Source: a bacterium (GTDB taxonomy: Bacteria > Sysuimicrobiota > Sysuimicrobiia > Sysuimicrobiales > Humicultoraceae). From it: 40,774 nt of DNA. Shown piece after piece: positions 1-9,644 of the stretch (its first letter is position 1; each line of letters begins with the position of its first letter). The DNA is taken from NCBI GenBank assembly GCA_041497675.1, contig JBGQGY010000017.1, forward strand, positions 1 to 40,774, given 5' to 3'. The position numbers and the translations under genes are program-made. The notes beneath the pieces were generated by a model. The model did no database searches and was not told where the DNA came from. It saw only the letters and a program-made list of their open reading frames with translations.

Positions 1-924
1 AACCCCACCGCGTGGAGCCCGCCGTGCGTGGATCGCGTGGAGATGTACACGTATCAGGACGACCGCGCGCGCGTCAACGCCCTCAAGAGCGGGCAGGTGG
101 ATCTCATCGAGTACCTGCCGTGGCAAGAGGTGGAGTACTTCTTCCGGGAACGCGGCTACACAGTCTACCGCGGGCGAGAGCTCTTCAACATCGTGCGCCT
201 CAACACCAACCGCCCGCCGCTGAACAACCCGAAGGTGCGCCAGGCGCTCAACTTCGCCATCAACCGGCAGTCGGTCGGCATCATCGCATTTGGCGGCCAG
301 GCCCAACCGATGGAGGGGTTCCTGATCCGTCAGGATTCGTGGGCCTACAATCCCCAGACCAGCAAGGTGTGGAAGTACGATCCCGACCGCGCGGTCGCGC
401 TGCTGCGCGAGGCCGGCCTCCAGCCGCAGGACCTGCGGCTGACCTTTGAATCGACGCCGCTGTCGGTCCACCTGGACACCGCGCAGGTCATCTTGTCACA
501 ACTGCGGTCGCTGGGCATTCAAGTGGACTTCCGGGTCATTGAGCTGGCGGTGCTGCTGCAAAAGCGCGGCAGCGGCGACTACATGATGGTGCAGGACGGC
601 CTGAGCCCGCCCTGGGCGGATCCCGACGCGTACTATCCGTATTTCCATTCTACGGGTACGCAGCACGCCGCCGCGGTGAAGTTCAAGAACGACCGCCTGG
701 ATCAACTCTTGGAAGAGGGCCGTCGGACGACGGATCAGGCGAAGCGCAAGGTCATCTACAACGACGCCGAACGCATCCTGTTCCAGGAGGCGCCCTGGAT
801 CTTCGCGCTCTGGCGGCCACAGGCTGAAGTCAGCCGCAGCTACGTCAAGGGCTACGTGCGCCTGCCGGGCGTCCTGGGGACCTCGACGGTGGGATTTTTC
901 GAACGTATCTGGATCGAGAAATAA
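1..924 (+). CDS. ABC transporter substrate-binding protein, family 5 (DppA/OppA-like), 5'-truncated by window edge
   Basis: Frame is open from base 1 (NPTAWSPPCVDRVE...). SBP_bac_5 C-terminal features: ALKSGQVD, PPLNNPKVRQALNFAINR, YDPDRAVALLREAG, RKVIYNDAERILFQEAPWI. Confidence 0.9.
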   Translation, partial: NPTAWSPPCVDRVEMYTYQDDRARVNALKSGQVDLIEYLPWQEVEYFFRERGYTVYRGRELFNIVRLNTNRPPLNNPKVRQALNFAINRQSVGIIAFGGQAQPMEGFLIRQDSWAYNPQTSKVWKYDPDRAVALLREAGLQPQDLRLTFESTPLSVHLDTAQVILSQLRSLGIQVDFRVIELAVLLQKRGSGDYMMVQDGLSPPWADPDAYYPYFHSTGTQHAAAVKFKNDRLDQLLEEGRRTTDQAKRKVIYNDAERILFQEAPWIFALWRPQAEVSRSYVKGYVRLPGVLGTSTVGFFERIWIEK

Positions 925-928
925 GCCG

Positions 929-1708
929 ATGCAGGCAGAGAGGTTGCGACAGCGGCTCGACGCGGGTGAGGTCGCGTACGGGATCATCACCGGGTGGGCC
1001 GATCCCGACGTGGTCGAAGCGGCCGGCGCCTGTGGCTTCGATTTCGTGTTCATTGACGCCGAGCACGGCGCGCTCGACATCCGCACGTGCGGTGACCTGT
1101 TGAGGGCCGCGACGTGCGGGGGCCTCACGGCCATCATCCGGGTGCCCTACGCCGATTCACGCGGCGTGTACACCTATCTCGACGCCGGCGCCAACGGCCT
1201 GATCTTCCCGCATATTCGCGGCGCCGCCGACGCGCGGGCGGCGGTGAACACGTGTCTCTACCCACCGGCCGGGTTGCGTGGGGCGCTGAGTTCGAGCCGC
1301 GCAGCTCGCTACGGCACCGCGTACAGCAAGCCGGACGAGTACTACCGGGCGGCCAACGATGGCATGTGGGTGTTGCCGCTGATTGAGGACGTCGAGGCCG
1401 TCGACGCGCTCGACGAGATCTTGGCGGTGCCCGGCATCCGCGGATTCTTCATCGGGCCTGGTGATCTTGGCCTATCGCGTATCGCATCAGGAAAGACCGA
1501 CGGCCCCACGGTCGACGTGCTGCTCGACCGCGCGATCGAGCGCGGGGTGCGGGCCAAGAAGGTCGTGGGCACTGTGGCGGGCACACCGGCGGCGGCCACG
1601 GCCCTGGTGAAGAAGGGCGTCCGAATGATCTGCGCCGGCGCGACCGGGCTGATGGTCGGCGCGTACCGCGGGTTCCTGCAAGGCGTGCCGCGCAAGGCGG
1701 ACGGTTGA
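929..1708 (+). CDS. HpcH/HpaI-family class II aldolase
   Basis: Motifs GFDFVFIDAEHG, IIRVP, LDAGA.G..FP, YPPAGLRG, IE, FIGPGDL. Confidence 0.9.
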   Translation: MQAERLRQRLDAGEVAYGIITGWADPDVVEAAGACGFDFVFIDAEHGALDIRTCGDLLRAATCGGLTAIIRVPYADSRGVYTYLDAGANGLIFPHIRGAADARAAVNTCLYPPAGLRGALSSSRAARYGTAYSKPDEYYRAANDGMWVLPLIEDVEAVDALDEILAVPGIRGFFIGPGDLGLSRIASGKTDGPTVDVLLDRAIERGVRAKKVVGTVAGTPAAATALVKKGVRMICAGATGLMVGAYRGFLQGVPRKADG

Positions 1709-1728
1709 AACCGAGAGGAGGCACCAAC

Positions 1729-3327
1729 ATGCACCGAAGGCTCGCGATCCTGCTGATCGTGGCCGCCATGCTGCTGGCCCCACAGGCGCTCGCGGCACCG
1801 GCGGCGGCTCCGCGACCGGGCGGAGTACTGGTGTACGCGATCGAGGCCGATCCGGACCGGCTGGACCCGAATCTCTCGGGGTTGCGCACCTCGCAGATCG
1901 TCTTCTTTCAGATCTTCGAGCCACTGATCGTGCGCGACCCGGCGGACAACACCTTCAAGCCGTGGCTGGCGGCGTCGTGGGAGATCTCGGCGGACGGCAA
2001 AGCCTACACGTTCAAACTCCGCCGTGACGTGAAGTTTCACGATGGGACGCCATTTGACGCGGCGGCCGTGAAGTTCAACATGGACCGCACCCATGATCCG
2101 GTGCTGGCGACCCGATGCGGCGGTTGCGCCGTGGGGTTCTATGAGGCGACGGACGTGATTGATCCCGCGACGGTCCGGATCCGCCTCAAGGCCGCGTGGG
2201 CGCCGTTCCTCGACGCGATGAGTCTCTTCTATCGGATGGTGTCACCGGAGCAGGTCCGGAAGGTGGGGCATCAGGACTTGGGCCGGCAGCCGGTGGGGAC
2301 GGGTCCGCTGAAGTTCGTCGAGTGGATCCCCAACAACCGGATCGTGCTGGAGCGCAACGCCGACTACACATGGGCGCCGTCGATCTTCAAGAACAAGGGG
2401 CGCTCCTACGTCGATCGCGTGATCTTCCGGATCATCCCGGAACCCTCGACACGGGTGGCGGCCCTGGAGGCCGGCGAGGTGCAGGTCGCGTCGGCGGTGC
2501 CCGCCCCCGACTTCGCGCGTCTCAGCAAGGACCAGCGGTTCCAGGCGATCATCGGGTTGTCACCTGGGATCCCGTTCGCGTTTGCGATCAACACGACGAA
2601 GCCGCCGACGAACGAACTCGCGGTGCGGCGCGCGCTGGAATACGGCATCGATCGTGAGATCATCGCGAAGGCGTCGTACCAGGCGTTCCAGCCGTTCGGC
2701 GCGTTCCGTCCAGCGTACACGCTGCTCAGCCACACGACGTGGGGGTACGACAAGAACACCGAGATGTACGAGTACGATCCCGACCGGGCCCGGGCGTTGC
2801 TCGAGGAGGCCGGATGGCGGGCGGGGCCCGACGGGGTGCGGCAGAAGGGCGGCCAGCGGCTCGAGGTGGTGTTGAACTCGTGGGAGCACGGGCCGCCGGA
2901 GATCATGCAGAGCCACCTGCGCCGGATCGGCGTGAGCCTGAAGATCGGAATCCTGAACGCGCTGGCGGTGAACGAGGCGCAGCGGAAGGCCGAGTCGCAC
3001 ATGAGCCCGCTGCCCGCCGCGCGCACCGATCCCGACGTGTTGTCGGCGTTCCTGCATTCGCGAAACGTGGCGCCCGTCGGGTTCAACTTCTCCTTTGTAC
3101 GGGACGCCGAGCTCGACAAGATCTTTGACGCCGCCGCCACCGAGGTCGACCCGGGGCAGCGCAAGCAGCTCTACGCCAAGGCGATCCGGCTGGTCCTGGA
3201 ACGGGCGTACATGCTGCCGGTGCACAACCGCGACAACGTGTCGGTGGCCGGCGTCCGCGTGCGGGACCTGCGCTTCGACGTCACGGGGTTCTTCCCGTGG
3301 ATTCACGAGGTGTGGCTCAGCCAGTAG
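1729..3327 (+). CDS. ABC transporter substrate-binding protein, family 5
   Basis: GAGGAGG SD before ATG 1729; SPase-I type signal peptide (..PQALA); PWLAASW, YTFKLRRDVKFHDGTPFDAAAVKF, PVGTGP.KF. Confidence 0.93.
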   Translation: MHRRLAILLIVAAMLLAPQALAAPAAAPRPGGVLVYAIEADPDRLDPNLSGLRTSQIVFFQIFEPLIVRDPADNTFKPWLAASWEISADGKAYTFKLRRDVKFHDGTPFDAAAVKFNMDRTHDPVLATRCGGCAVGFYEATDVIDPATVRIRLKAAWAPFLDAMSLFYRMVSPEQVRKVGHQDLGRQPVGTGPLKFVEWIPNNRIVLERNADYTWAPSIFKNKGRSYVDRVIFRIIPEPSTRVAALEAGEVQVASAVPAPDFARLSKDQRFQAIIGLSPGIPFAFAINTTKPPTNELAVRRALEYGIDREIIAKASYQAFQPFGAFRPAYTLLSHTTWGYDKNTEMYEYDPDRARALLEEAGWRAGPDGVRQKGGQRLEVVLNSWEHGPPEIMQSHLRRIGVSLKIGILNALAVNEAQRKAESHMSPLPAARTDPDVLSAFLHSRNVAPVGFNFSFVRDAELDKIFDAAATEVDPGQRKQLYAKAIRLVLERAYMLPVHNRDNVSVAGVRVRDLRFDVTGFFPWIHEVWLSQ

Positions 3328-4251
3328 ATGGGGTCGTTCGCGGCCGTCCGGCTCGGCCACGGTCTGCTCGTCGTGGTGGGTGTCGCCGTCCTGGTTGCCA
3401 TGATGATCCACCTGGCGCCGGGCGACCCGGTCGTGCTGATGGTTGGCGATGCCCCGGCCAGGCCCGAGCAACTCGAGGCGATTCGCCACAGCCTTGGGCT
3501 TGACCGGCCGCTGCTGGTGCAGATTGTCAGTCGTACGACCCGGCTGCTCCGTGGCGATTTGGGCCGCTCGCTGCGGTCCAACCGGCCCGTGGCCGATGAC
3601 CTGGTGCGCGTGCTGCCGTTGACCATGGCGCTGGCCGTGACGGCGATGACGTTTGGCATTGTGATCGGTGTCCCCGCCGGCGTCCTCGCGGCGGTCCGGC
3701 GGGGACAATGGCTCGACTCGCAGGTGAGTGCGTTCGCGGCGCTGGGCTTCTCGATGCCGACGTTCTGGACCGGTATCCTGTTCATCTCGTTCTTCGCCGT
3801 GCACCTCAGGTGGTTCCCGACCAGCGGGCAGGAAGGTGTACGGACGCTCGTCCTGCCCGCGCTGGCGCTTGGCTGGTACGCCGCCGGCGCGCTCGCGCGG
3901 CTGGTGCGGAGCGGCATGCTCGAAGTCCTGCAACAGGAGTACGTCACTGTGGCGCGCGCGAAGGGTTTGGGAGAAGCGCTGGTCGTCGGTCGTCACGCGT
4001 TGCGCAACGCGCTGATCCCTGCGGTGACCCTGGCGACCGTGCAGTTTGGGACCTTGCTGTCCGGGGCGGTCGTGGTCGAAACCGTGTTTGGTCGCGACGG
4101 CCTGGGCCGGCTCATCGTGATCGGTATTCTCGAAAAGGACTTCCCGGTCGTGCAGGGCGCGGTGCTCGTGACGGCTGTTATCTATACGCTGACGAACCTG
4201 CTCGCCGATCTGCTGTACCTGAGACTGGACCCGCGGTTGCGGTACACGTGA
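3328..4251 (+). CDS. Peptide/nickel ABC permease, DppB/OppB-like
   Basis: PGDP, GLDRP, GDLGRS, EAA loop VLQQEYVTVARAKG, HALRNAL, ETVF, ADLLY..LDPR. Confidence 0.93.
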   Translation: MGSFAAVRLGHGLLVVVGVAVLVAMMIHLAPGDPVVLMVGDAPARPEQLEAIRHSLGLDRPLLVQIVSRTTRLLRGDLGRSLRSNRPVADDLVRVLPLTMALAVTAMTFGIVIGVPAGVLAAVRRGQWLDSQVSAFAALGFSMPTFWTGILFISFFAVHLRWFPTSGQEGVRTLVLPALALGWYAAGALARLVRSGMLEVLQQEYVTVARAKGLGEALVVGRHALRNALIPAVTLATVQFGTLLSGAVVVETVFGRDGLGRLIVIGILEKDFPVVQGAVLVTAVIYTLTNLLADLLYLRLDPRLRYT

Positions 4252-5078
4252 CGCTGCGGCGACTTCGGCGCCTGACCGGCGCCGGCGGGATGGTGGCCTT
4301 TGGGTTCCTGATCGTCATCGCCTGGGTCGTCGCGTTTCCGCAGACGCTGGCGCGTTACGACCCGATCGACGTCGTGCCCGACCGTCTCTTGACCCCGCCT
4401 GGGCGTGAGTTTCTTTTCGGGACGGATCAGTACGGCCGGGACATCTTCAGCCGGGTGGTGTACGGGGCGCGCGTCTCGCTGGGATTTGCGTTGATCGCCA
4501 CCACCATCAGCGTGGGGTTGAGTACGATCGGCGGCACGCTGGCCGCGTTCTACGGCGGCCGTTTCGACAGCGTGATGATGCGCGGGATCGACATCCTGAT
4601 GGCCTTCCCGGGTATTCTGCTGGCGCTGATCGTGATTGCGCTGCTGGGCCCCGGTCTGGCGACGGCGATGGTGGCGGTCGGCTTTGGCCAGGCGCCGGCG
4701 TTTACCCGGATCGTGCGCGGCGCGACCCTGGTGGTGAAGAGCCACCAGTACATCGAGGCGGCGCACGCGATGGGCGCGCGCGACCCGTGGATCATGCGCG
4801 CGCACATCCTGCCCAACGTGCGGTATACGATCCTGGTGTTGATGACGCTGGGGTTTGGCGCGGCGATCCTGATCGGCGCCTCGTTGAGTTTTCTCGGGCT
4901 CGGCGCGCAGCCGCCGACGCCGGAGTGGGGCAGCATGCTGGGTGACGCGCGCGGCTATGTGCGGACGCACTGGTGGGTCGCGACGCTGCCGGGGCTGGTG
5001 CTCGCCGCGACGCTGCTCTGCATCAACCTGGTCGGCGATCAGATCCGGGATCTGTTCGACCCGAGGCTGAAGTTGTAG
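4248..5078 (+). CDS. Peptide/nickel ABC permease, DppC/OppC-like
   Basis: GTGA overlap with upstream stop; FGTDQYGRDIFSRVVYGARVSL, YIEAAHAMGA, SLSFLGLG.QPPTPEWG. Confidence 0.93.
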   Translation: MTLRRLRRLTGAGGMVAFGFLIVIAWVVAFPQTLARYDPIDVVPDRLLTPPGREFLFGTDQYGRDIFSRVVYGARVSLGFALIATTISVGLSTIGGTLAAFYGGRFDSVMMRGIDILMAFPGILLALIVIALLGPGLATAMVAVGFGQAPAFTRIVRGATLVVKSHQYIEAAHAMGARDPWIMRAHILPNVRYTILVLMTLGFGAAILIGASLSFLGLGAQPPTPEWGSMLGDARGYVRTHWWVATLPGLVLAATLLCINLVGDQIRDLFDPRLKL

Positions 5079-5103
5079 GGCGCAGCGTCAGAGGAGGGAC
5101 GAG

Positions 5104-6705
5104 ATGATCACGAAAGCGCTCGCGTGTCCTGAGCCGCCCGCGGCGGAGGTGGGGGCGCGGGTCTTCAAAGACGGTGGGACGGCCGTGGACGCCGCCGTGG
5201 CCGGGGCGTTCGCGCAGGCGGTGACCAATCCGCTTGGGACCGGGATCGGCGGCATGGCGCACATCTTGTTGCTGCGCGCCGGCGCGTCGAAACCAGTGTC
5301 CCTCAACGCGTCGGTGGAGATTGGCTCGCTGGCCTCGACCGAAGCCTTCGAGGCGGACTTCATCGGGCGTAGCGAGCGGGCGGGCCGCTATCTGATCCGC
5401 AATGACCGCAACCAGTTCGGCTACCAGTCCGTCATGACCCCGGGGTTTGTCCGCGGCATGGAGGCGGTTCTCAAGGAAGGCGAAGGGCGGCTCCCGTGGG
5501 GGCGACTCGTCGAGCCTGCCTCCGAGCTGGCCGGTGAGGGGTTCGCGGTGTACCCGTATCTGGAGAAGTACTACGCGCTTGAAGGGGGTTCGCGCCCCGG
5601 CTACCCCGACATCGAACAGAAACTGGCCGGTGACACGCTCGCACGGCGGCGCTATCTTCCGGGCGGATCGCCGATACCGCTGGGGGCCGTGTTACGCCAG
5701 CCCGAGTACGCCCGTACCCTCGAGCGCGTGGGGTCACAGGGCGCCGACGAATTCTACGTCGGGGGTGTGAGCAAAGCGATGGCCGCCGACCTGGCCGAGC
5801 ACGGAGGCTTCGTGACGGCCGGGGACCTGGCCACCTACCGCGTGCGCGTCGGTCCACCGCTCTCCGGCACGTTTGGCGATCTCACCGTCTACACGGCGCC
5901 GCCGCCCAGCCACGGCCTGATCCTGCTCGTGATGTTGAGCCTGGTCGAGACGCTCCCGCTCGAGTCGATGACTTGGAACGGTCCCGACTACATTGAAACG
6001 ATCGCCTGGGCGACCCGTACCGCGTTTGCGGAATGCATCCCCTACCTGGCCGATCCGCTGTTTGTCACGGTGCCGGTCGAGTGGTTGACTTCGAAGGACC
6101 GGCTTCGGGCGATGAAGCCTGAGCGCACCTCCGAGCGGGTGCCGGTGCCCCCGAAACGCGGGACCGACGGCCACACGACGCACCTGTCGGCCGCGGACCT
6201 CGACGGCAACGTGGTGAGCATCACGCACTCGATCGGCTCGATCGTGGGCTCAGGCGTGATGACCCCGTCGCTCGGGTTTCTCTACAACAATTTTCTTGGA
6301 CAGTTCAACGTCCTGCGCGGCTACCACGACTCGATCGCGCCGGGCAAGCGCATGGGCGGCGGGTGTCCGAGCATCCTCTTTAAGGACAACCGGCCCTGGA
6401 TGGCCATCGGGTCATCCGGTGGCCCGCGGCTCATCAGCGCCGTGTTCCAGTCGATCCTGAATGTGGCGGTCTTTGGGATGTCACTGCAGGAGGCGGTGAC
6501 CGCGCCGCGGGTGCACAGCGAGCAGGGGCGGAGGATCTACGCGGAGCCGGCGTTTGCCGATCGCGTGGTGCAGGCCCTCGAGCGGCGGGGATACGAGGTG
6601 GTGGTGACGCCCTACATGGGGTGCAACCAGGTGGTCGGGATCGGACCGGACGGCATCGACGCGGGATCGGATCCCCGTGGTGACGTCGGGATAGGCACGG
6701 CGTGA
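5104..6705 (+). CDS. Gamma-glutamyltransferase-family Ntn-hydrolase (cytoplasmic, atypical pocket)
   Basis: GG.AVDAAVA, GIGG, nucleophile motif GHTTHLS, GSG, PGKR, GSSGG, APRVH, SDPRG; no signal peptide; SD GAGGAGG. Confidence 0.9.
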   Translation: MITKALACPEPPAAEVGARVFKDGGTAVDAAVAGAFAQAVTNPLGTGIGGMAHILLLRAGASKPVSLNASVEIGSLASTEAFEADFIGRSERAGRYLIRNDRNQFGYQSVMTPGFVRGMEAVLKEGEGRLPWGRLVEPASELAGEGFAVYPYLEKYYALEGGSRPGYPDIEQKLAGDTLARRRYLPGGSPIPLGAVLRQPEYARTLERVGSQGADEFYVGGVSKAMAADLAEHGGFVTAGDLATYRVRVGPPLSGTFGDLTVYTAPPPSHGLILLVMLSLVETLPLESMTWNGPDYIETIAWATRTAFAECIPYLADPLFVTVPVEWLTSKDRLRAMKPERTSERVPVPPKRGTDGHTTHLSAADLDGNVVSITHSIGSIVGSGVMTPSLGFLYNNFLGQFNVLRGYHDSIAPGKRMGGGCPSILFKDNRPWMAIGSSGGPRLISAVFQSILNVAVFGMSLQEAVTAPRVHSEQGRRIYAEPAFADRVVQALERRGYEVVVTPYMGCNQVVGIGPDGIDAGSDPRGDVGIGTA

Positions 6706-6767
6706 GAGCAAAGGCGATGCTCTCATCGTTAGAGTTTCGATAGCAACAGTATATAAGGAGGCAAGCG

Positions 6768-7553
6768 ATGCGGATTGGCGAGATGCCCTGGACCGAAGTC
6801 CGTGAAGCGATCGAGCGGGGGGTCGCCGCGATCGTGCCCCTGGGGTCCATCGAGGAGCACGGCCCGCACTCCCCGATGGGCGACTACATGGCGATCCACG
6901 ATATTGCCGGCCGGACCGGCGAGGCGACCGGCGATCTGGTCGTCCCCACGATGCCCTTCGGCTACTCCGAATACTTCCGGCACTACCCCGGGACGATCAC
7001 GCTGCGCCCCGAGACGCTGACCGCGGTGGTGGAGGATACCGTCGACTGCCTGCTGCGTCACGGTCTGCGCCACATCGTGATCTTCAACGGTCACGCCGGC
7101 AATATGCCGATCCTTGAGGTCTTGATGCGCAAGATCCGGCGGACCCGCGGGCTGCTGATTCCCATCATCTCGCCACTTCAAATCATGCAGGCGCCGGCCC
7201 TCATCAAGGAACTGTACGGCGACGGGATGGTGCTGGAGCACGGCGGCGAGCCGATGGGTTCGCTGATGATGGCGCTCGCGCCGGGCAAGGTCCGCATGGA
7301 GCGTGTCGGCGCGTTCGGCCGCAAGACATACCTGGGGATGCCCACCAGCGGTTTGGGCGGCATCATGTTCAAGGGGGTGCGGGTCGTGGTGCCAATCGAC
7401 ATGCGCGAGGTCACACCCGAGACGGGCAGCCTGGCCGATCCCTCGAAGGCCAGCGCTGAGCGGGGGCGGGCCTTGCTCGACTACGCGGTGAACTTCTGCG
7501 TGGACTTCGTCAAGTGGTTCCGTACGACGGATCCTCGGGTGGTGGCCGAATGA
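6768..7553 (+). CDS. Creatininase / creatinine amidohydrolase family protein
   Basis: PLGSIEEHGPH.P...D, PGTITL, NGHAGN, HGGE, ASAERG; SD AAGGAGG. Confidence 0.9.
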   Translation: MRIGEMPWTEVREAIERGVAAIVPLGSIEEHGPHSPMGDYMAIHDIAGRTGEATGDLVVPTMPFGYSEYFRHYPGTITLRPETLTAVVEDTVDCLLRHGLRHIVIFNGHAGNMPILEVLMRKIRRTRGLLIPIISPLQIMQAPALIKELYGDGMVLEHGGEPMGSLMMALAPGKVRMERVGAFGRKTYLGMPTSGLGGIMFKGVRVVVPIDMREVTPETGSLADPSKASAERGRALLDYAVNFCVDFVKWFRTTDPRVVAE

Positions 7554-8287
7554 GCGCCCCGCATGGGAGCGGCCGCATCGGTGTCGACACGCACATTGGG
7601 TCTCGCGGGTTCACCCGCGTGCCCCGTCCCGCCGCTGACCTGGTCAAGCGTCTGGGCGAGTATCCGCCGCCGGATCTGTCGGATGTGACGCGCGGCGCCT
7701 ACACGCTCGATCCGGCGATCCGCCCGCTGTGGCCGTTTGCCGGTCGTGTCGCCGGTCCCGCGGTGACCGTCGTGGTGCCGCAGGGCTCGCTCAACCCGAT
7801 CAAGTTCGCCATGGAGCAGGTCCGGCCCGGCGACGTGATGGTCGTAAACGCGCGCGGGATCGCGGCGTTCGCGGTCTGGGGAGGCAACGTCAGCAAGGGG
7901 ATGAAGCACCGGGGCTGCGCGGCGGTGATCATCGACGGCGCCGCGCGCGACCCCGAGGAAGCGCAGGCGGTCGGTTTTCCCGTCTTCTCCCGGTGGCAGG
8001 CCACGGCGGCGCCGCCCAACGACGGCCCCGGCGAGATCAATGTGCCGGTCGCCTGCGGGGGCGTGGTGGTCCGCCCAGGCGATATCGTGGTCGCCGACCG
8101 CAACGGGGTCATCGCGATCCCGCAGGAGGCGGCGGAGTGGGTGCTGCAACAGGTTGCGGATCTGCGGGCGCGGTTTGCGAAGATCCAGCCGGTGCTCGAG
8201 CGAGGCGAGGTGACGAACATCGCCTCGATCACCGACGGCCTACGCCGTCAGGGTTTTGCGATCGACGGTGAGGTGCGCACAGACTGA
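7550..8287 (+). CDS. RraA-family / HMG-CHA aldolase-like protein
   Basis: ATGA overlap; AGPAVTV, PGDV.VV, WGG, IDGAARD, FPVF, INVPVACGGVVVRPGDIVVADRNGV. Confidence 0.88.
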   Translation: MSAPHGSGRIGVDTHIGSRGFTRVPRPAADLVKRLGEYPPPDLSDVTRGAYTLDPAIRPLWPFAGRVAGPAVTVVVPQGSLNPIKFAMEQVRPGDVMVVNARGIAAFAVWGGNVSKGMKHRGCAAVIIDGAARDPEEAQAVGFPVFSRWQATAAPPNDGPGEINVPVACGGVVVRPGDIVVADRNGVIAIPQEAAEWVLQQVADLRARFAKIQPVLERGEVTNIASITDGLRRQGFAIDGEVRTD

Positions 8288-9549
8288 CGCTGGTCTCTGA
8301 AGATCGCGCCGTCGCGCATGACGAGCGCGATCCGGTCCGTGTGCTGAAAGATCTCGATGTCCGCGAGCGGATCGCCGTCCACGGCGATCAGGTCGGCACG
8401 GGTCCCCGCCGCGATGCGCCCCGCGTCGGGGACGTTGCAGCACTCGGCGGCCACCGACGTGGCCGCCCGGATGGCCTCCATGGGGCTCATGCCGTACTGC
8501 ACCAGCAGGCTGAGCTCGCGGGCGTTGCCGCCCTGGCGCAGCCCGCGCGAATCCGTGCCCGCCGCGATGCGCACACCGGCGCGATGGACGCGCGTGAAGA
8601 CCGCGCGCTGAAGCGGCGCCAGCTCGGCGGCCTTCTCAATGTTGTAGGGTGACAGCGCACCCGGCACGGCCGCCATCTCCAGGCGCACAGACATGTTCGT
8701 GAGCGTCGGGACCAGATACGTCCCCTGCCGGACCATTGTCGCAATGTCGTCGTCATCGAGCGGCCCCAGGTGCTCCACCGTGCGCACCCCGGCCCTGAGC
8801 GCGTTTTTCAATCCTTCGCCGCCGTAGGCGTGCGCGGCCACCGGCCGGCCGAACGCGCGCGCTTCCTCGACCGCGGCACTGACTTCCTCGAGGGTGAACT
8901 CGCGCGTGAGGATGCTGCTGATGCGCGAGCTGACCCCCCCGGTCGTGGCGATTTTGATGAAATCGGCGCCGCCACGGATCAACCGCCGTACCATCGACCG
9001 GATGCCGTCGGCCCCATCACAGACGGCGTCCGGCGTGCCTGGGAGCCGGAGTGGATCGGTGGAGAACCCCAGCGCGTTGGTCGCATCGGAGAGACCGGCG
9101 GTCTGCGTGATGATGGCCAGGCTGATGATCACGCGCGGTCCGGCGAGGACGCCCGCTTCGACCGCCGTCTTCATCCCAAGATCGAGCCCACCCATGTCCC
9201 TGACCGTGGTGAAGCCCGACTGCAGCATCTCGCGCATCACATCGGCCACGCGCAGCACGAACAGCGATGGTGGGGTGGCGATTTTCGCCGACAGGTCTCG
9301 CGGTGGGCTGGCGAGATGATCGTGGCAGTCGAAGAGCCCGGGCAGCACCGTCAGCCCGCCGGCGTCGATGACGTCCGCGCCGTCTGGATGCCGCGCGTCC
9401 TTCCACGCCCCGACCGCGGCAATCCGTCCAGCGATCACCGTGACCGCGGCGTCCTTCAGGACGCCGCCGGCGCCGTCGAGCAGCGTGCCGCAGCGAATGA
9501 CCGTGGGTATCAGAGGAGGTGTCATAGATCGCTTTGTTCTTGCACTCAC
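8248..9549 (-). CDS. Metal-dependent amidohydrolase (Xaa-Pro dipeptidase-like subgroup)
   Basis: LPGLFDCHDH, SGFTTVRD, GADFIKI, AAHAYG, EH, AGTD, G.RADLIAVDGDPL. GTG start at 9549 follows AAGGAGG (alternative ATG 9525). Confidence 0.9.
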   Translation of the reverse strand: MSARTKRSMTPPLIPTVIRCGTLLDGAGGVLKDAAVTVIAGRIAAVGAWKDARHPDGADVIDAGGLTVLPGLFDCHDHLASPPRDLSAKIATPPSLFVLRVADVMREMLQSGFTTVRDMGGLDLGMKTAVEAGVLAGPRVIISLAIITQTAGLSDATNALGFSTDPLRLPGTPDAVCDGADGIRSMVRRLIRGGADFIKIATTGGVSSRISSILTREFTLEEVSAAVEEARAFGRPVAAHAYGGEGLKNALRAGVRTVEHLGPLDDDDIATMVRQGTYLVPTLTNMSVRLEMAAVPGALSPYNIEKAAELAPLQRAVFTRVHRAGVRIAAGTDSRGLRQGGNARELSLLVQYGMSPMEAIRAATSVAAECCNVPDAGRIAAGTRADLIAVDGDPLADIEIFQHTDRIALVMRDGAIFRDQRQSVRTSPSIAKP

Positions 9550-9644
9550 ACGTGCCTCCTTTAGGTCCGCGCCAGGAACTCGCATGCCGGGCGCGGTAGT
9601 TAGGAGGATATTCCCTGCTTCGAACAGTTGATGGAGGTGTTCAG

